A stretch of 64,000 bases of DNA from a virus (Duplodnaviria; Caudoviricetes), in IMG/VR virus record IMGVR_UViG_3300008107_006173. The stretch is one strand, 5' to 3'. Of this stretch, positions 1 to 8,619 are shown one piece after another (position 1 is the stretch's first letter; each line of letters begins with the position of its first letter). Made by a program: the position numbers and the translations under genes. The notes beneath the pieces were generated by a model. It saw only the letters and a program-made list of their open reading frames with translations. It was not told where the DNA came from and did no database searches.

Positions 1-2
1 TT

Positions 3-734
3 TGCCATTTGCTCTTGAACTGCTTCTGGTGGGCTAATAATTAAGTCGTTGGTTACTTGACTGTCAAAACTGATTCTAGGATCAACTGTTGTTAGTTTTA
101 AAATAACAACTGCGCTCGGAGATGCATCAAAGTTAGCAACATATGTTGCACTAAATGGTTCTGTTAGTTCTACTGAGCCGGCTGCGTTTTCAACTACTAT
201 CTTACCTGTTTGACAATTAATTAATCGTTGATCGTCTGTTTTAACTGTTTCATTCTCGTCGCGACAGCTAGGTACTAGTACTACTAGACTTCTACCAGCT
301 TCGTCAACGGTCATGTGAAAATCTGTGCCTCTAACTGCGATTGCAGCACTGGGCGTTTTAATATTGATACGCTGAGGATTTACTTTTGCAATTTGACCGC
401 TGGCATAGCGAACGGTACCCATTGACACTTTCATTGCCAATCTGCCAGCGTCACTGCGTTTTGGATCGTACACAAAGTCATCAATTACTAGTCGACTGTT
501 TTCTGTAATTTTTACTTTAGTGTTGTCTCTAAAATTAATGTTTAGTGTAGTACCTTTACGGGTACTCACAGTATCGTTGGATACGATACCTGTGTTAGGT
601 TTACCAGCAATAACTTGTTTTCCTCGCTGGATAGAGGAGTCGGGGCCAACCTGAGTTGAAATTTTACCAATTTCAGCCCAAGCTGGCGCCGAACTTAAAA
701 AACATACTGCTACAATGGCGAACCAGCGAAACAT
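3..734 (-). CDS. FecR-domain secreted/periplasmic protein (3' end runs off the window)
   Basis: Not in the ORF track. Translated by hand from ATG at 734, which overlaps the upstream TAA (TAATG): MFRWFAIVAVCFLSSAPAWAEIGKIST... has a signal peptide, then DTVSTRKG..LNINFRDNTKVKITENSRLVID and IKTPSAAIAVRGTDF, the FecR-family motif. Open to the window edge. Confidence 0.85.
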   Translation of the reverse strand, partial: MFRWFAIVAVCFLSSAPAWAEIGKISTQVGPDSSIQRGKQVIAGKPNTGIVSNDTVSTRKGTTLNINFRDNTKVKITENSRLVIDDFVYDPKRSDAGRLAMKVSMGTVRYASGQIAKVNPQRINIKTPSAAIAVRGTDFHMTVDEAGRSLVVLVPSCRDENETVKTDDQRLINCQTGKIVVENAAGSVELTEPFSATYVANFDASPSAVVILKLTTVDPRISFDSQVTNDLIISPPEAVQEQMA

Positions 735-1426
735 TAGTTCTGTGTTGTTACATTGATGACATTACTGCCACCGTTAACTTTGATGTTAACAGTTGTGTCA
801 ATAGTACCACCCTGTGTAGTTGTAATTTGGTTTAGTGAACCAACTACTGCTACTTTTAGGTCGTGTCCACTAACACCAGCTGAACCAGTTTGTGTGTGAC
901 GTAGAACGTTACTATCACCACTGATATCAACATCAAGTTTGCCGTTGCTACTTGTTAGTGTATATGCAAGGTCGTTTAAGTTACCAACAATCTTTGTTTT
1001 ACTGTTAATAGCACTACCTGCAATAGTTTCAACTAACTTGTTACCATTACCTGTAATAGTTTGATCAATAGTAACACCTGTACATGCACCTGCGCTTGTA
1101 CCGCAAGTTACTGTTACATCGTTTAAATTACCAGTTACAACACTGGTATATGTGTTCCCGTTACCTGTTATTTTATAATTTGCTTTATTGTTATCTCCAG
1201 TCTGGCTCATTGTGACTGTGTTAGTATCGCCAGTAACAGTAGCATAGTCGCTGGTGCTAACACCAATACTATTACCACTACCGGTTTGTGTTAGGGTAAC
1301 TGTATTACTATTACCAACTTGGTCAATCATAACCTTGTTAGTAGTACTTGCTACCTGAGCAAAAGAACTGGTAGAGCCTAAAGCCATTACAAGACCAAAC
1401 AACAAGCCTTTCAATGTCTTAGTCAT
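734..1426 (-). CDS. Curlin-repeat-like secreted protein
   Basis: Signal peptide (...SSFA-Q), then repeated x-Q/I-x-G-x-x-N units (IDQVGNSN, TQTGSGN, SQTGDNN, ITGNGN, IVGNLN, ISGDSN, VNGGSN); adjacent to csgG/csgF. Confidence 0.8.
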   Translation of the reverse strand: MTKTLKGLLFGLVMALGSTSSFAQVASTTNKVMIDQVGNSNTVTLTQTGSGNSIGVSTSDYATVTGDTNTVTMSQTGDNNKANYKITGNGNTYTSVVTGNLNDVTVTCGTSAGACTGVTIDQTITGNGNKLVETIAGSAINSKTKIVGNLNDLAYTLTSSNGKLDVDISGDSNVLRHTQTGSAGVSGHDLKVAVVGSLNQITTTQGGTIDTTVNIKVNGGSNVINVTTQN

Positions 1427-2397
1427 TAGCCCTCTCCTGTTTTAATTTTATTACCGGAACCATCTTCTAGTTCTACGGCTTCTTTCTTCTCTTTACTTTT
1501 TAGTGTGTTTTTTAGCTTATTAAGAATTTTTGCTTCTTCTTTAGCTTTTGTTTCTGCTTCTTGAGCTAGTCTAATTTCTTCTACAGATTTTGGATCATAG
1601 TCCCATAAGCCTTTTTGTTGTCCTAAGCGAATCATCTCAACTACTGCGGCTTGAATAGCCATGTTAGTTGCACGATTTCCGCTTTCGTTCACACCCATGC
1701 CAATTTCAGCTTCAATAGATTTTGTACCAGCTTCTACAAATCGTAATACGCCTAGCTTGTCCATGTAGCTATAAACTGTTTTAGTTGTTGTGATGCTTGT
1801 TAATACTTCACCTGAAGTAACACTTACTACACGCAAACTTACTGTAATCATATCTGCTTGATATTGTGTTTGTGGTCCAATACCGAGGATACGCATACCA
1901 CTGCCGCCTGTTACAATATTGCTATCATAACCAACAATACCGCCTTCAATCAAAATACCTGCAAACAACATTGGCGGCAATGGTTTTGCATTTTCTCCAT
2001 CATAGATTTCTCTCATCTGACGAATCATCTGGCGTTCTTTCATTAGGTTGTCTAAGCCCACACGCTCGACAACTTTGAACCAATTTCCGCCGCCAACATC
2101 TTGAAGTGACTTAATCAAGTATGTTTCCGCACCTTGTGTAACTGCACTACTTAACTGTGCAACCATTGGGCTAGGCTTGCGCTGCCCGGTTCTGTCTAAG
2201 AAGCCATAAACTGCAACTACGATTGGACCGTTGGCTGGTTTTGGTAATACGAACTCTGGGCGATCCAGTGTTGTACCTTCAATCTTTGCATCTTGGAATT
2301 GAGTCTTAGTTAACAACTTATCCATTTGTGAATAACTTGCACAACCACTCATCACAAGACTTGCACTTGCTAATAACGCTATTGATAGTTTTTTCAT
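1426..2397 (-). CDS. csgG: CsgG-family curli secretion channel lipoprotein
   Basis: Likely start is ATG 2397 (MKKLSIALLASASLVMSG-C, a lipobox). Motifs IVVAVYGFLDRTGQRK, FKVVERVGLDNLMKERQMIR and IEGGIVGYDSN are typical of CsgG. Confidence 0.92.
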   Translation of the reverse strand: MKKLSIALLASASLVMSGCASYSQMDKLLTKTQFQDAKIEGTTLDRPEFVLPKPANGPIVVAVYGFLDRTGQRKPSPMVAQLSSAVTQGAETYLIKSLQDVGGGNWFKVVERVGLDNLMKERQMIRQMREIYDGENAKPLPPMLFAGILIEGGIVGYDSNIVTGGSGMRILGIGPQTQYQADMITVSLRVVSVTSGEVLTSITTTKTVYSYMDKLGVLRFVEAGTKSIEAEIGMGVNESGNRATNMAIQAAVVEMIRLGQQKGLWDYDPKSVEEIRLAQEAETKAKEEAKILNKLKNTLKSKEKKEAVELEDGSGNKIKTGEG

Positions 2398-2398
2398 A

Positions 2399-2872
2399 TT
2401 AACCACCACCTGCTGCGCCAACCATTGTTGCCACTGGGACTTTAATAATTGTTACTGTGCCATTAGCATCTGTAATAGTCAATGTAATAAAGTTACCATC
2501 TTTCTTATACGATACTGTACCACCTGTTGGAAAATCTAGTACGCCTTCGCTAATACCACTTTCACCAAAGATATTGTCAGTGATTTGTTTTGCAAGTTCC
2601 TGATACATTCTGCTTTCAAGTGCTTGCTTGAAGCGATAGATTGGATCTTGCATCAACTTTAATTCTGCCTTTGCTTCTGCTTGTGCTCGTTCGTCTTTGA
2701 TTTTTTGTTTAGCTGCTTGCTCTTGATTGTAAACGCTCAACACATGTTGAGTGTAACCGATACCGCTAAATGCCGGGCTGTTAAACTGATGCACAATTTC
2801 ACTGGCGCCGGCAGACGATGCAGAAACAAGTAGGGCAGTTAAAGCTAAAATGTTAATTTTTCTTACCATCAT
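2399..2872 (-). CDS. csgF: CsgF-family curli assembly protein
   Basis: Signal peptide, then SEIVHQFNSPAFSGIG, resembling the CsgF N-terminal FxNPxFGG motif; LESRMYQELAKQI; immediately upstream of csgG. Confidence 0.85.
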   Translation of the reverse strand: MMVRKINILALTALLVSASSAGASEIVHQFNSPAFSGIGYTQHVLSVYNQEQAAKQKIKDERAQAEAKAELKLMQDPIYRFKQALESRMYQELAKQITDNIFGESGISEGVLDFPTGGTVSYKKDGNFITLTITDANGTVTIIKVPVATMVGAAGGG

Positions 2873-2885
2873 TTCCTGTTTCCTC

Positions 2886-3206
2886 TCATTTTTTTGTTCT
2901 TTCCACTTGTGTTGTGTTTACTTTTTCTTTGAGTTCTTCTAGCTCTTTCTCTTTTTGAGCCTTCTCAATAATTTTTTGTACTGCTCTATATTCCAATACA
3001 ACATGTACTTTTTGTTGCAGTCTAATCATATCTTGGTCAAGCATACGAGTTTTATCAATAACTTTAATCAATGCTACATGCATTTCTTGCAACGCTGGAT
3101 CGATGTGCTCGCCAATAAAATTCCATATGAAATAAATGAAGTAGCCTAGACCTACAGCCATTACTATAGGAAAACCGTATTGACTGATTAAATCAGCTAT
3201 ATCCAT
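2886..3206 (-). CDS. Small single-pass membrane protein with coiled-coil tail
   Basis: ATG at 3206; YGFPIVMAVGLGYFIYFIWNFI hydrophobic helix, then a charged helical tail. Confidence 0.8.
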   Translation of the reverse strand: MDIADLISQYGFPIVMAVGLGYFIYFIWNFIGEHIDPALQEMHVALIKVIDKTRMLDQDMIRLQQKVHVVLEYRAVQKIIEKAQKEKELEELKEKVNTTQVERTKK

Positions 3207-3367
3207 CACTTATCCTCTTTTACTTTAACAAGTATAAGTCTATTGTTTTCGTCAATTACTGCACGAAATACATCTCCTGATTCTACACCAAGAGTTGCAG
3301 GATTTAATTCTTTATCGAATCTAATATTATCGCCTGCTTTTTCAAAAAAATAGTCAACAAATACCAT
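3206..3367 (-). CDS. 53-aa hypothetical protein
   Basis: Below the ORF-track cutoff: MVFVDYFFEKAGDNIRFDKELNPATLGVESGDVFRAVIDENNRLILVKVKEDK*. Its ATG abuts the upstream TAA and its TGA overlaps the next ATG, filling the gap exactly. Confidence 0.75.
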   Translation of the reverse strand: MVFVDYFFEKAGDNIRFDKELNPATLGVESGDVFRAVIDENNRLILVKVKEDK

Positions 3368-3664
3368 TTAATCTCTCCTTGCGTCTACTTTGCCGTCTTC
3401 AACAAAGTTTGTCGCCCTTGAAATGCGTTCAATATCGGGCTTTAGTTCTAATGCACTACTTACTAGTAGGTCAATCTTCATCATTTCGTTGCTCATTGTT
3501 GTAGCACGATTTTCTAAAGACTTGCAAAACATAGTCAGAGTTTTAACTTGGCCGACGATACCTTCAAGTATCTGCTTGATGACTAGAAATATAAAGAAGC
3601 CCATTACTGCCGATCCGGCAATAGGAGCGCCAACTTCTGCGATAAGTTTGAAAACTTCTTCCAC
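3368..3664 (-). CDS. Small single-pass membrane protein, probable paralog of 2886..3206
   Basis: VGAPIAGSAVMGFFIFLVIKQIL hydrophobic helix plus helical tail; SD GAGGTG upstream. Confidence 0.8.
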   Translation of the reverse strand: MEEVFKLIAEVGAPIAGSAVMGFFIFLVIKQILEGIVGQVKTLTMFCKSLENRATTMSNEMMKIDLLVSSALELKPDIERISRATNFVEDGKVDARRD

Positions 3665-3729
3665 AGATCACCTCTCTGCTGTGTAAATTTAATTGAGGTG
3701 TGTGTTGATTGTATGTGTTCTTACCTATA

Positions 3730-3737
3730 TATTTATA
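3730..3737 (-). promoter_or_regulatory. T4-type late promoter TATAAATA
   Basis: Exact T4 late consensus on the minus strand, about 65 nt upstream of the curli-like operon. Confidence 0.7.
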
Positions 3738-3780
3738 CATTTGCGAGCAATTATTATATTACTACACAAATAAAAGCCAC

Positions 3781-3808
3781 AAAAAAAGGCTAGTCTAACT
3801 AGCCTTTT
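3781..3808 (-). terminator. Rho-independent terminator
   Basis: AAAAGGCTAG-TCTAA-CTAGCCTTTT inverted repeat, with a U-tract on the minus strand, just after the stop of 3832..7206. Confidence 0.8.
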
Positions 3809-3831
3809 AGTGTTTAATTTTTTAAATTAAA

Positions 3832-6800
3832 TTATAGTCTGCCTACTGCTACTTCAATTACGCCTTCTGCGCCGTCAAAGTTTTCTAGTGACTTGCCGAT
3901 TACAGAACCTACTACTGGATTAGCTTCTGCACGGGCACGACCGTTGCCTGCGGATACCATCATATCGCCCTTGGCAACTGGACCCACTACCTTACATGGT
4001 ACACGACCTTGTAGAGCAATAGCTGCTGCTACGCCGCCTAGTTCACTGTTCATCAAGTGAGCTGGTGCTGTTGTTACAACGCCTGCTACCTTGCGGCACA
4101 TATCTGTGTCGCATAGTGTAACTTCTGCTTCACCTCCAAAGTGTAGAACTGTGCCTGGCTCGTAGTCTGCGTCTGCTGAATACTTTTCTGCCAAGTCAGC
4201 GTATCTAGCTGTTGTTGCAGTACCACTAAATGTAGCAGCAAAAATAGTATTAAAGGTATTGTCGCTTTGACCAATATTACCTGTAGCAGTTGTACCGCTC
4301 TTAACAATCACAGGAGTTGTAATCTGTGTTGTAAAGGTTGGACTTGTAGCAAATACTAGCGCACCGCTACCAGTTTCATCAGTGACTGCACCTGCTAGGT
4401 TAGCACTTGATGGTGTTGCTAAGAATGTTGCTACGCCTGTGCCTAGGCCGCTAATACCAGTGCTAACTGGAAGACCAGTTGCGTTAGTTAGTGTACCGCT
4501 AGTTGGTGTGCCTAATGCACCACCGTTAACTACAAATGCGCCGGATGAACCGGTGTTAACTGCTAGAGCTGATGCAACACCAGTTCCTAAACCGCTTACA
4601 TCGTTAGCAATACGAACAGTTAGTGTATTGTTAGCACCATTAATTGTCTTATTAGTTAGTGTTTCAGAACCAGCCTGTGTTGACAATGTTCCACTTGTTG
4701 GGAAAGTAACGTTACTGGCTGCTGTAGTTGTTAATGTTAGAGCAAAAGCACCATTTGTTGCTAGTGTGCTACCATTAGCTAATGTTAGTGTTGCACTTGT
4801 TGCTGGTGCAGTAAATGCAACCTTGTTAATGCTTGTAGCACTTGCTACACCCAATGTTGGTGTAGTTAGTGATGGACTTGTAGCAAATACTAGCGCACCG
4901 CTACCAGTTTCATCAGTGACTGCACCTGCTAGGTTAGCACTTGATGGTGTTGCTAAGAATGTTGCTACGCCTGTGCCTAGTCCAGTAATAGAACCTACTG
5001 CCGGGGTAATAGCAATATTACTTGCACTAGTAACGCGACCGTAAGTATCAACTACTACCTGGCTTACCGCTGCAGCAGTACCATATGTTCCTGCTGCTAC
5101 GCCTGATGCACTTAGTGCAACATCGTCAGCATTTACAGTAATACCTGTACCTGCACCAACTGCTAATACACCTGATGCAAATGTTAAACCTGCACCTGCT
5201 GTTGAACTTGCTAGGCTAATTACACCGCTACTGTAGCTAACACCATTTGTGCCACTTAGACGTGCATCAATGCGTGAGTTTGCTTCTGCTTGACTTGGGC
5301 CTGTGTAGGTAAATACGCCATTGCTATAGCTAAAACTGCCGTCCCCACCAGCATCACTAGCACTGAATAGTGAAGTGATATATGTTGCGTTAACAGCAAC
5401 ATTATCAGCGTTTACAGTAATGCCTGTGCCAGCACCGACTGCTAATACACCTGAAGTATAAGTTAAACCTGCACCGCCGCTGATTCTAGCATCAATACGA
5501 GTATTTGCTTCTGCTTGACTTGGGCCTGTGTAGGTAATTATACCTGTACCGCTGTCATAGCTAAGTGAACCATCACCACCAGCGTCAGTAACGCTAATAT
5601 TACCACGAGCTCTTGCGGCAGTAAAGTACAAGTTTGTACCTTCTGCTAGATCAGCTGTGTCATGATTTGAAAGACTTGAAACTGTACCTGTTACATTACC
5701 TACGATTGTGCCGTAGAAAACATTTGCTTGTACATCGGCAAATTGGAATGTGTTATTAGATGTATCAATTACTTGGCCTGGTTCTGGAACATATCCTTTA
5801 AAGAACTTCCAGCGACCATCTGTAGCATCACGGAACACACCTGTGTGTGCATATGTGCCGTCATTGTAGTTACCAACAAAACCTAAGTCTGGATTAGTTA
5901 TTGTACTGTTAGCATTCAGATAAATTAGGGCGTCTTCAACTGATAGGTTAGTAGCACTAATTGTCGTAGTGTTACCGTTAACTACTAGATTGCCTTCAAT
6001 TGTTACTGTACCTGTTGCATCAATGTTATTAAATATAACATTGCTGGTTGTATTAACAGCCTGGCCAATTGCAATAACACCCGAAGTATATGTAACACCG
6101 GTGCCGCCGCTTAGACGTGCATCAATACGAGTGTTTGCTTCTGCTTGACTTGGGCCTGTGTATGTAAACACACCGTTGCTATAGCTAAAGCTGCCATCGC
6201 CGCCAGCGTCAGTTGCGCTGAATAGTGAAGTGATATATGTTGCGTTTACAGCAACATCATCTGCGTTTACAGTAATGCCTGTACCTGCGCCAACTGCAAA
6301 TGTACCTGAGCTGTATGTTAAACCACTACCACCTGTTAGGTGAGCTCTTACTTCTGTTGCGCTTGGGCCTGTGTATGTGAACACACCATTGCTGTAGGTA
6401 AAGCTGCCGTCGCCGCCTGCGTCTGTTGCACTGAATAGTGAAGTGATATATGCAGCATTAACAGCAATATCGTCAGTATTAACTGTGATACCAGTACCTG
6501 CGCCTACAGAAAATGTACCATTAGTTTTAGTAATGCCGCCGCCGCCTACTAGATAAGCATCCATGCGAGCATTTGCTTCTGCTTGACTTGGGCCTGTGTA
6601 TGAAAATTCGCCGTTGCTGTATGAGAAGGAACCATCGCCACCTGTATCGGTTGCACTAAACAAGCTCTTAATATAAGTTGCGTTAACCGCTACATCGTCA
6701 GTGTTAACAAGAATACCTGTACCGGCGCCAATATTTAGGGTTACTGTGCCAGTGGTACCGCCGCCAATTAAACCATTACCTGCGGTAACACCTTCAATGT

Positions 6801-7206
6801 CACCTGCGTCATTTGTAAAGCTGAATACACCTGATGATGCATTATAGCTTAAATCACCGCTTGCGCTGAATAATCCTCTAACATCGGCATTACTAATAGA
6901 AACTGCATCAGAAGAAACACTTATACCATATCCTGCGCCAACATTTAAATTAGCGTTGCCACTGTCGGCGCCGCCTGTTAAACCGTTGCCTGCAATAACG
7001 CCGGTAATGTCTGCTACAATGTTTCCAACTGTTCCGGAAATTGCAGCAAGTTGCGCTGCTGTAGCTAGAGGATGTCCTCCGGCAGTAACACCGTCATGAA
7101 CCACAACTGTGTTTTTATCCGTATCGACCGTAATTTCTCTAGACAGACCCGTAAAGTTTGCGTGTTCAGCAGTAGTACCACCACGTCTCTGAATTGCTGT
7201 TGCCAT
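3832..7206 (-). CDS. Fibre-like virion protein: Mtd N-terminal-like domain, internal repeats, C-terminal chaperone/peptidase-G2-like domain
   Basis: The N-terminus MATAIQRRGGTTAEHANFTG..REITVDTDKNTVVVHDGVTAGGHPL matches the fibre N-terminal module seen in Mtd/hyaluronidase-type fibres. Gly/Thr/Ala-rich repeats follow, then the C-terminal ARYADLAEKY...GRVPCKV domain. Confidence 0.85.
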   Translation of the reverse strand: MATAIQRRGGTTAEHANFTGLSREITVDTDKNTVVVHDGVTAGGHPLATAAQLAAISGTVGNIVADITGVIAGNGLTGGADSGNANLNVGAGYGISVSSDAVSISNADVRGLFSASGDLSYNASSGVFSFTNDAGDIEGVTAGNGLIGGGTTGTVTLNIGAGTGILVNTDDVAVNATYIKSLFSATDTGGDGSFSYSNGEFSYTGPSQAEANARMDAYLVGGGGITKTNGTFSVGAGTGITVNTDDIAVNAAYITSLFSATDAGGDGSFTYSNGVFTYTGPSATEVRAHLTGGSGLTYSSGTFAVGAGTGITVNADDVAVNATYITSLFSATDAGGDGSFSYSNGVFTYTGPSQAEANTRIDARLSGGTGVTYTSGVIAIGQAVNTTSNVIFNNIDATGTVTIEGNLVVNGNTTTISATNLSVEDALIYLNANSTITNPDLGFVGNYNDGTYAHTGVFRDATDGRWKFFKGYVPEPGQVIDTSNNTFQFADVQANVFYGTIVGNVTGTVSSLSNHDTADLAEGTNLYFTAARARGNISVTDAGGDGSLSYDSGTGIITYTGPSQAEANTRIDARISGGAGLTYTSGVLAVGAGTGITVNADNVAVNATYITSLFSASDAGGDGSFSYSNGVFTYTGPSQAEANSRIDARLSGTNGVSYSSGVISLASSTAGAGLTFASGVLAVGAGTGITVNADDVALSASGVAAGTYGTAAAVSQVVVDTYGRVTSASNIAITPAVGSITGLGTGVATFLATPSSANLAGAVTDETGSGALVFATSPSLTTPTLGVASATSINKVAFTAPATSATLTLANGSTLATNGAFALTLTTTAASNVTFPTSGTLSTQAGSETLTNKTINGANNTLTVRIANDVSGLGTGVASALAVNTGSSGAFVVNGGALGTPTSGTLTNATGLPVSTGISGLGTGVATFLATPSSANLAGAVTDETGSGALVFATSPTFTTQITTPVIVKSGTTATGNIGQSDNTFNTIFAATFSGTATTARYADLAEKYSADADYEPGTVLHFGGEAEVTLCDTDMCRKVAGVVTTAPAHLMNSELGGVAAAIALQGRVPCKVVGPVAKGDMMVSAGNGRARAEANPVVGSVIGKSLENFDGAEGVIEVAVGRL
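4339..4446. repeat. 108-bp perfect direct repeat, copy 1 (copy 2 at 4873..4980)
   Basis: tggacttgtagc...cctgtgcctag is identical at both positions and encodes LGTGVATFLATPSSANLAGAVTDETGSGALVFATSP. Confidence 0.9.
4873..4980. repeat. 108-bp perfect direct repeat, copy 2
   Basis: Base-by-base identity with 4339..4446. Confidence 0.9.
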
Positions 7207-7233
7207 CTCAAAAACCCCTAAATTATATGTCTA

Positions 7234-7241
7234 TATTTATC
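7234..7241 (-). promoter_or_regulatory. Late promoter GATAAATA
   Basis: Motif about 28 nt upstream of ATG 7206. Confidence 0.65.
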
Positions 7242-7245
7242 ATTT

Positions 7246-8604
7246 TTAACGAATCAACCATAATTCTAATTCGTCATTTAAACTTTTTATCTTGACCCAG
7301 TTTTTACCTGTTTGCTGTCCTTTATAAACAGGAGCAACACCCAGTACACAAACCATTTCCCAACTGCTTCTATTAATTCTAGAAACATAATTTTTGTTTG
7401 AATCATACCCTGCGCTGTTTTTAGTTTTAACAAATGAGTTACCGTTGCTATCACTTTGTATTTCAGCAGCATTTTCAGGCATAATAAAACTACTAGAAAG
7501 TGTTGTTTTATCAAAACTTTTTAGCAATGAAGTTTCCATTTCTAGCCATTCTATAATATGAAACTCTGTAGTCGCTGTGCTATCTAATGAATTTTTTAAT
7601 TTTTTACCTTGCCAATGATTCCATGCTGTATTACCCACGAACGCTGCGCTGTTTACAACAACACCTATTACATTATCGCCTTCGTCTGCACTAATAATTT
7701 TTCCTGTTGAGTCAAACGCCACTGTGAACCCTACTCGTTCTTCATCGCGATTATTTTTATCAGCCCATTCAAACATTTCAGCATATCCTCTAGAATTTGA
7801 ATAAAATTCTCCAGCTGAATATGTTGACCCGTTACCATCAACTTTAAAAACATTTTCTTTGTTTGCACTAACAGACAATGCAGACCAAATACTGCTAGAT
7901 GTTGCATCAACATCAATATTAATTACAGAATCTTCAAATTGTAGACTTGGTACTTTAATTGAAACTGCATCATCAACAGGATGACGATGATATACGCCAA
8001 AAGTAGCATTGTTAATTTTTTGCATACTACCTACGGACACACTACCGTCGCTGAAAATATTAGTTCCTTGACGATTCATTCTGCTTACTGCGCGAAACAC
8101 GAATGTCTTATCATCGTCACCGTCGCCTTCAACAATGATGCCTCTAGTTGATCCTGTACCACTGGATGGTATAACTGCCTCGCTGGCTGCACCTGCTTTA
8201 AAATGTGCAGAACCTTTGCCAACTGTTTTAGGTGACTTTGTGCCGGCAGCTAATTGGCCATTTTTACCAATTAATAATACTGTGTCACTTTCTTTATTAA
8301 ACTGTAATCCATCAGAAGTAGCTTCAACAAAATATTGCTTTTCTCCTGTAAGAACTAAACGATCGCGACGACTTTCAGAAGATTTACTTAGCTTCTCAAT
8401 TGCAGAATTTAGCTTTTCTTCAAATTCGTTTTTTAATTTTTCCGTTACAGTCTCAGTAATGTTATTAATTAATTTATTGATATCGACATTGAGAGAAGCT
8501 TCTTTTTTAGCAGGTAGAATTTCTTGAAGAATCATTGTATCTGAAGCTTCAATCTTCTCTTTAACTACTTTTTCATTTGAAGTTGTTTTCTTTGGTCTAG
8601 CCAT
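7246..8604 (-). CDS. Protein with N-terminal coiled coil and C-terminal peptidase G2 (intramolecular chaperone autocleavage)-like domain
   Basis: RGYAEMFEW...GFTV...IGVV..SAAFVGNTAWNHWQGK resembles Peptidase_G2. The N-terminus is basic and then heptad-rich. Confidence 0.75.
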   Translation of the reverse strand: MARPKKTTSNEKVVKEKIEASDTMILQEILPAKKEASLNVDINKLINNITETVTEKLKNEFEEKLNSAIEKLSKSSESRRDRLVLTGEKQYFVEATSDGLQFNKESDTVLLIGKNGQLAAGTKSPKTVGKGSAHFKAGAASEAVIPSSGTGSTRGIIVEGDGDDDKTFVFRAVSRMNRQGTNIFSDGSVSVGSMQKINNATFGVYHRHPVDDAVSIKVPSLQFEDSVINIDVDATSSSIWSALSVSANKENVFKVDGNGSTYSAGEFYSNSRGYAEMFEWADKNNRDEERVGFTVAFDSTGKIISADEGDNVIGVVVNSAAFVGNTAWNHWQGKKLKNSLDSTATTEFHIIEWLEMETSLLKSFDKTTLSSSFIMPENAAEIQSDSNGNSFVKTKNSAGYDSNKNYVSRINRSSWEMVCVLGVAPVYKGQQTGKNWVKIKSLNDELELWLIR

Positions 8605-8619
8605 GTGTGTCCCGCTGTA

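Noticed and set aside
3832-7206. Diversity-generating retroelement target (Mtd-like N-terminus plus repeats)
   Set aside because: The repeats are identical or differ at synonymous positions rather than at adenines. There is no C-type lectin C-terminus and no reverse transcriptase in the window.
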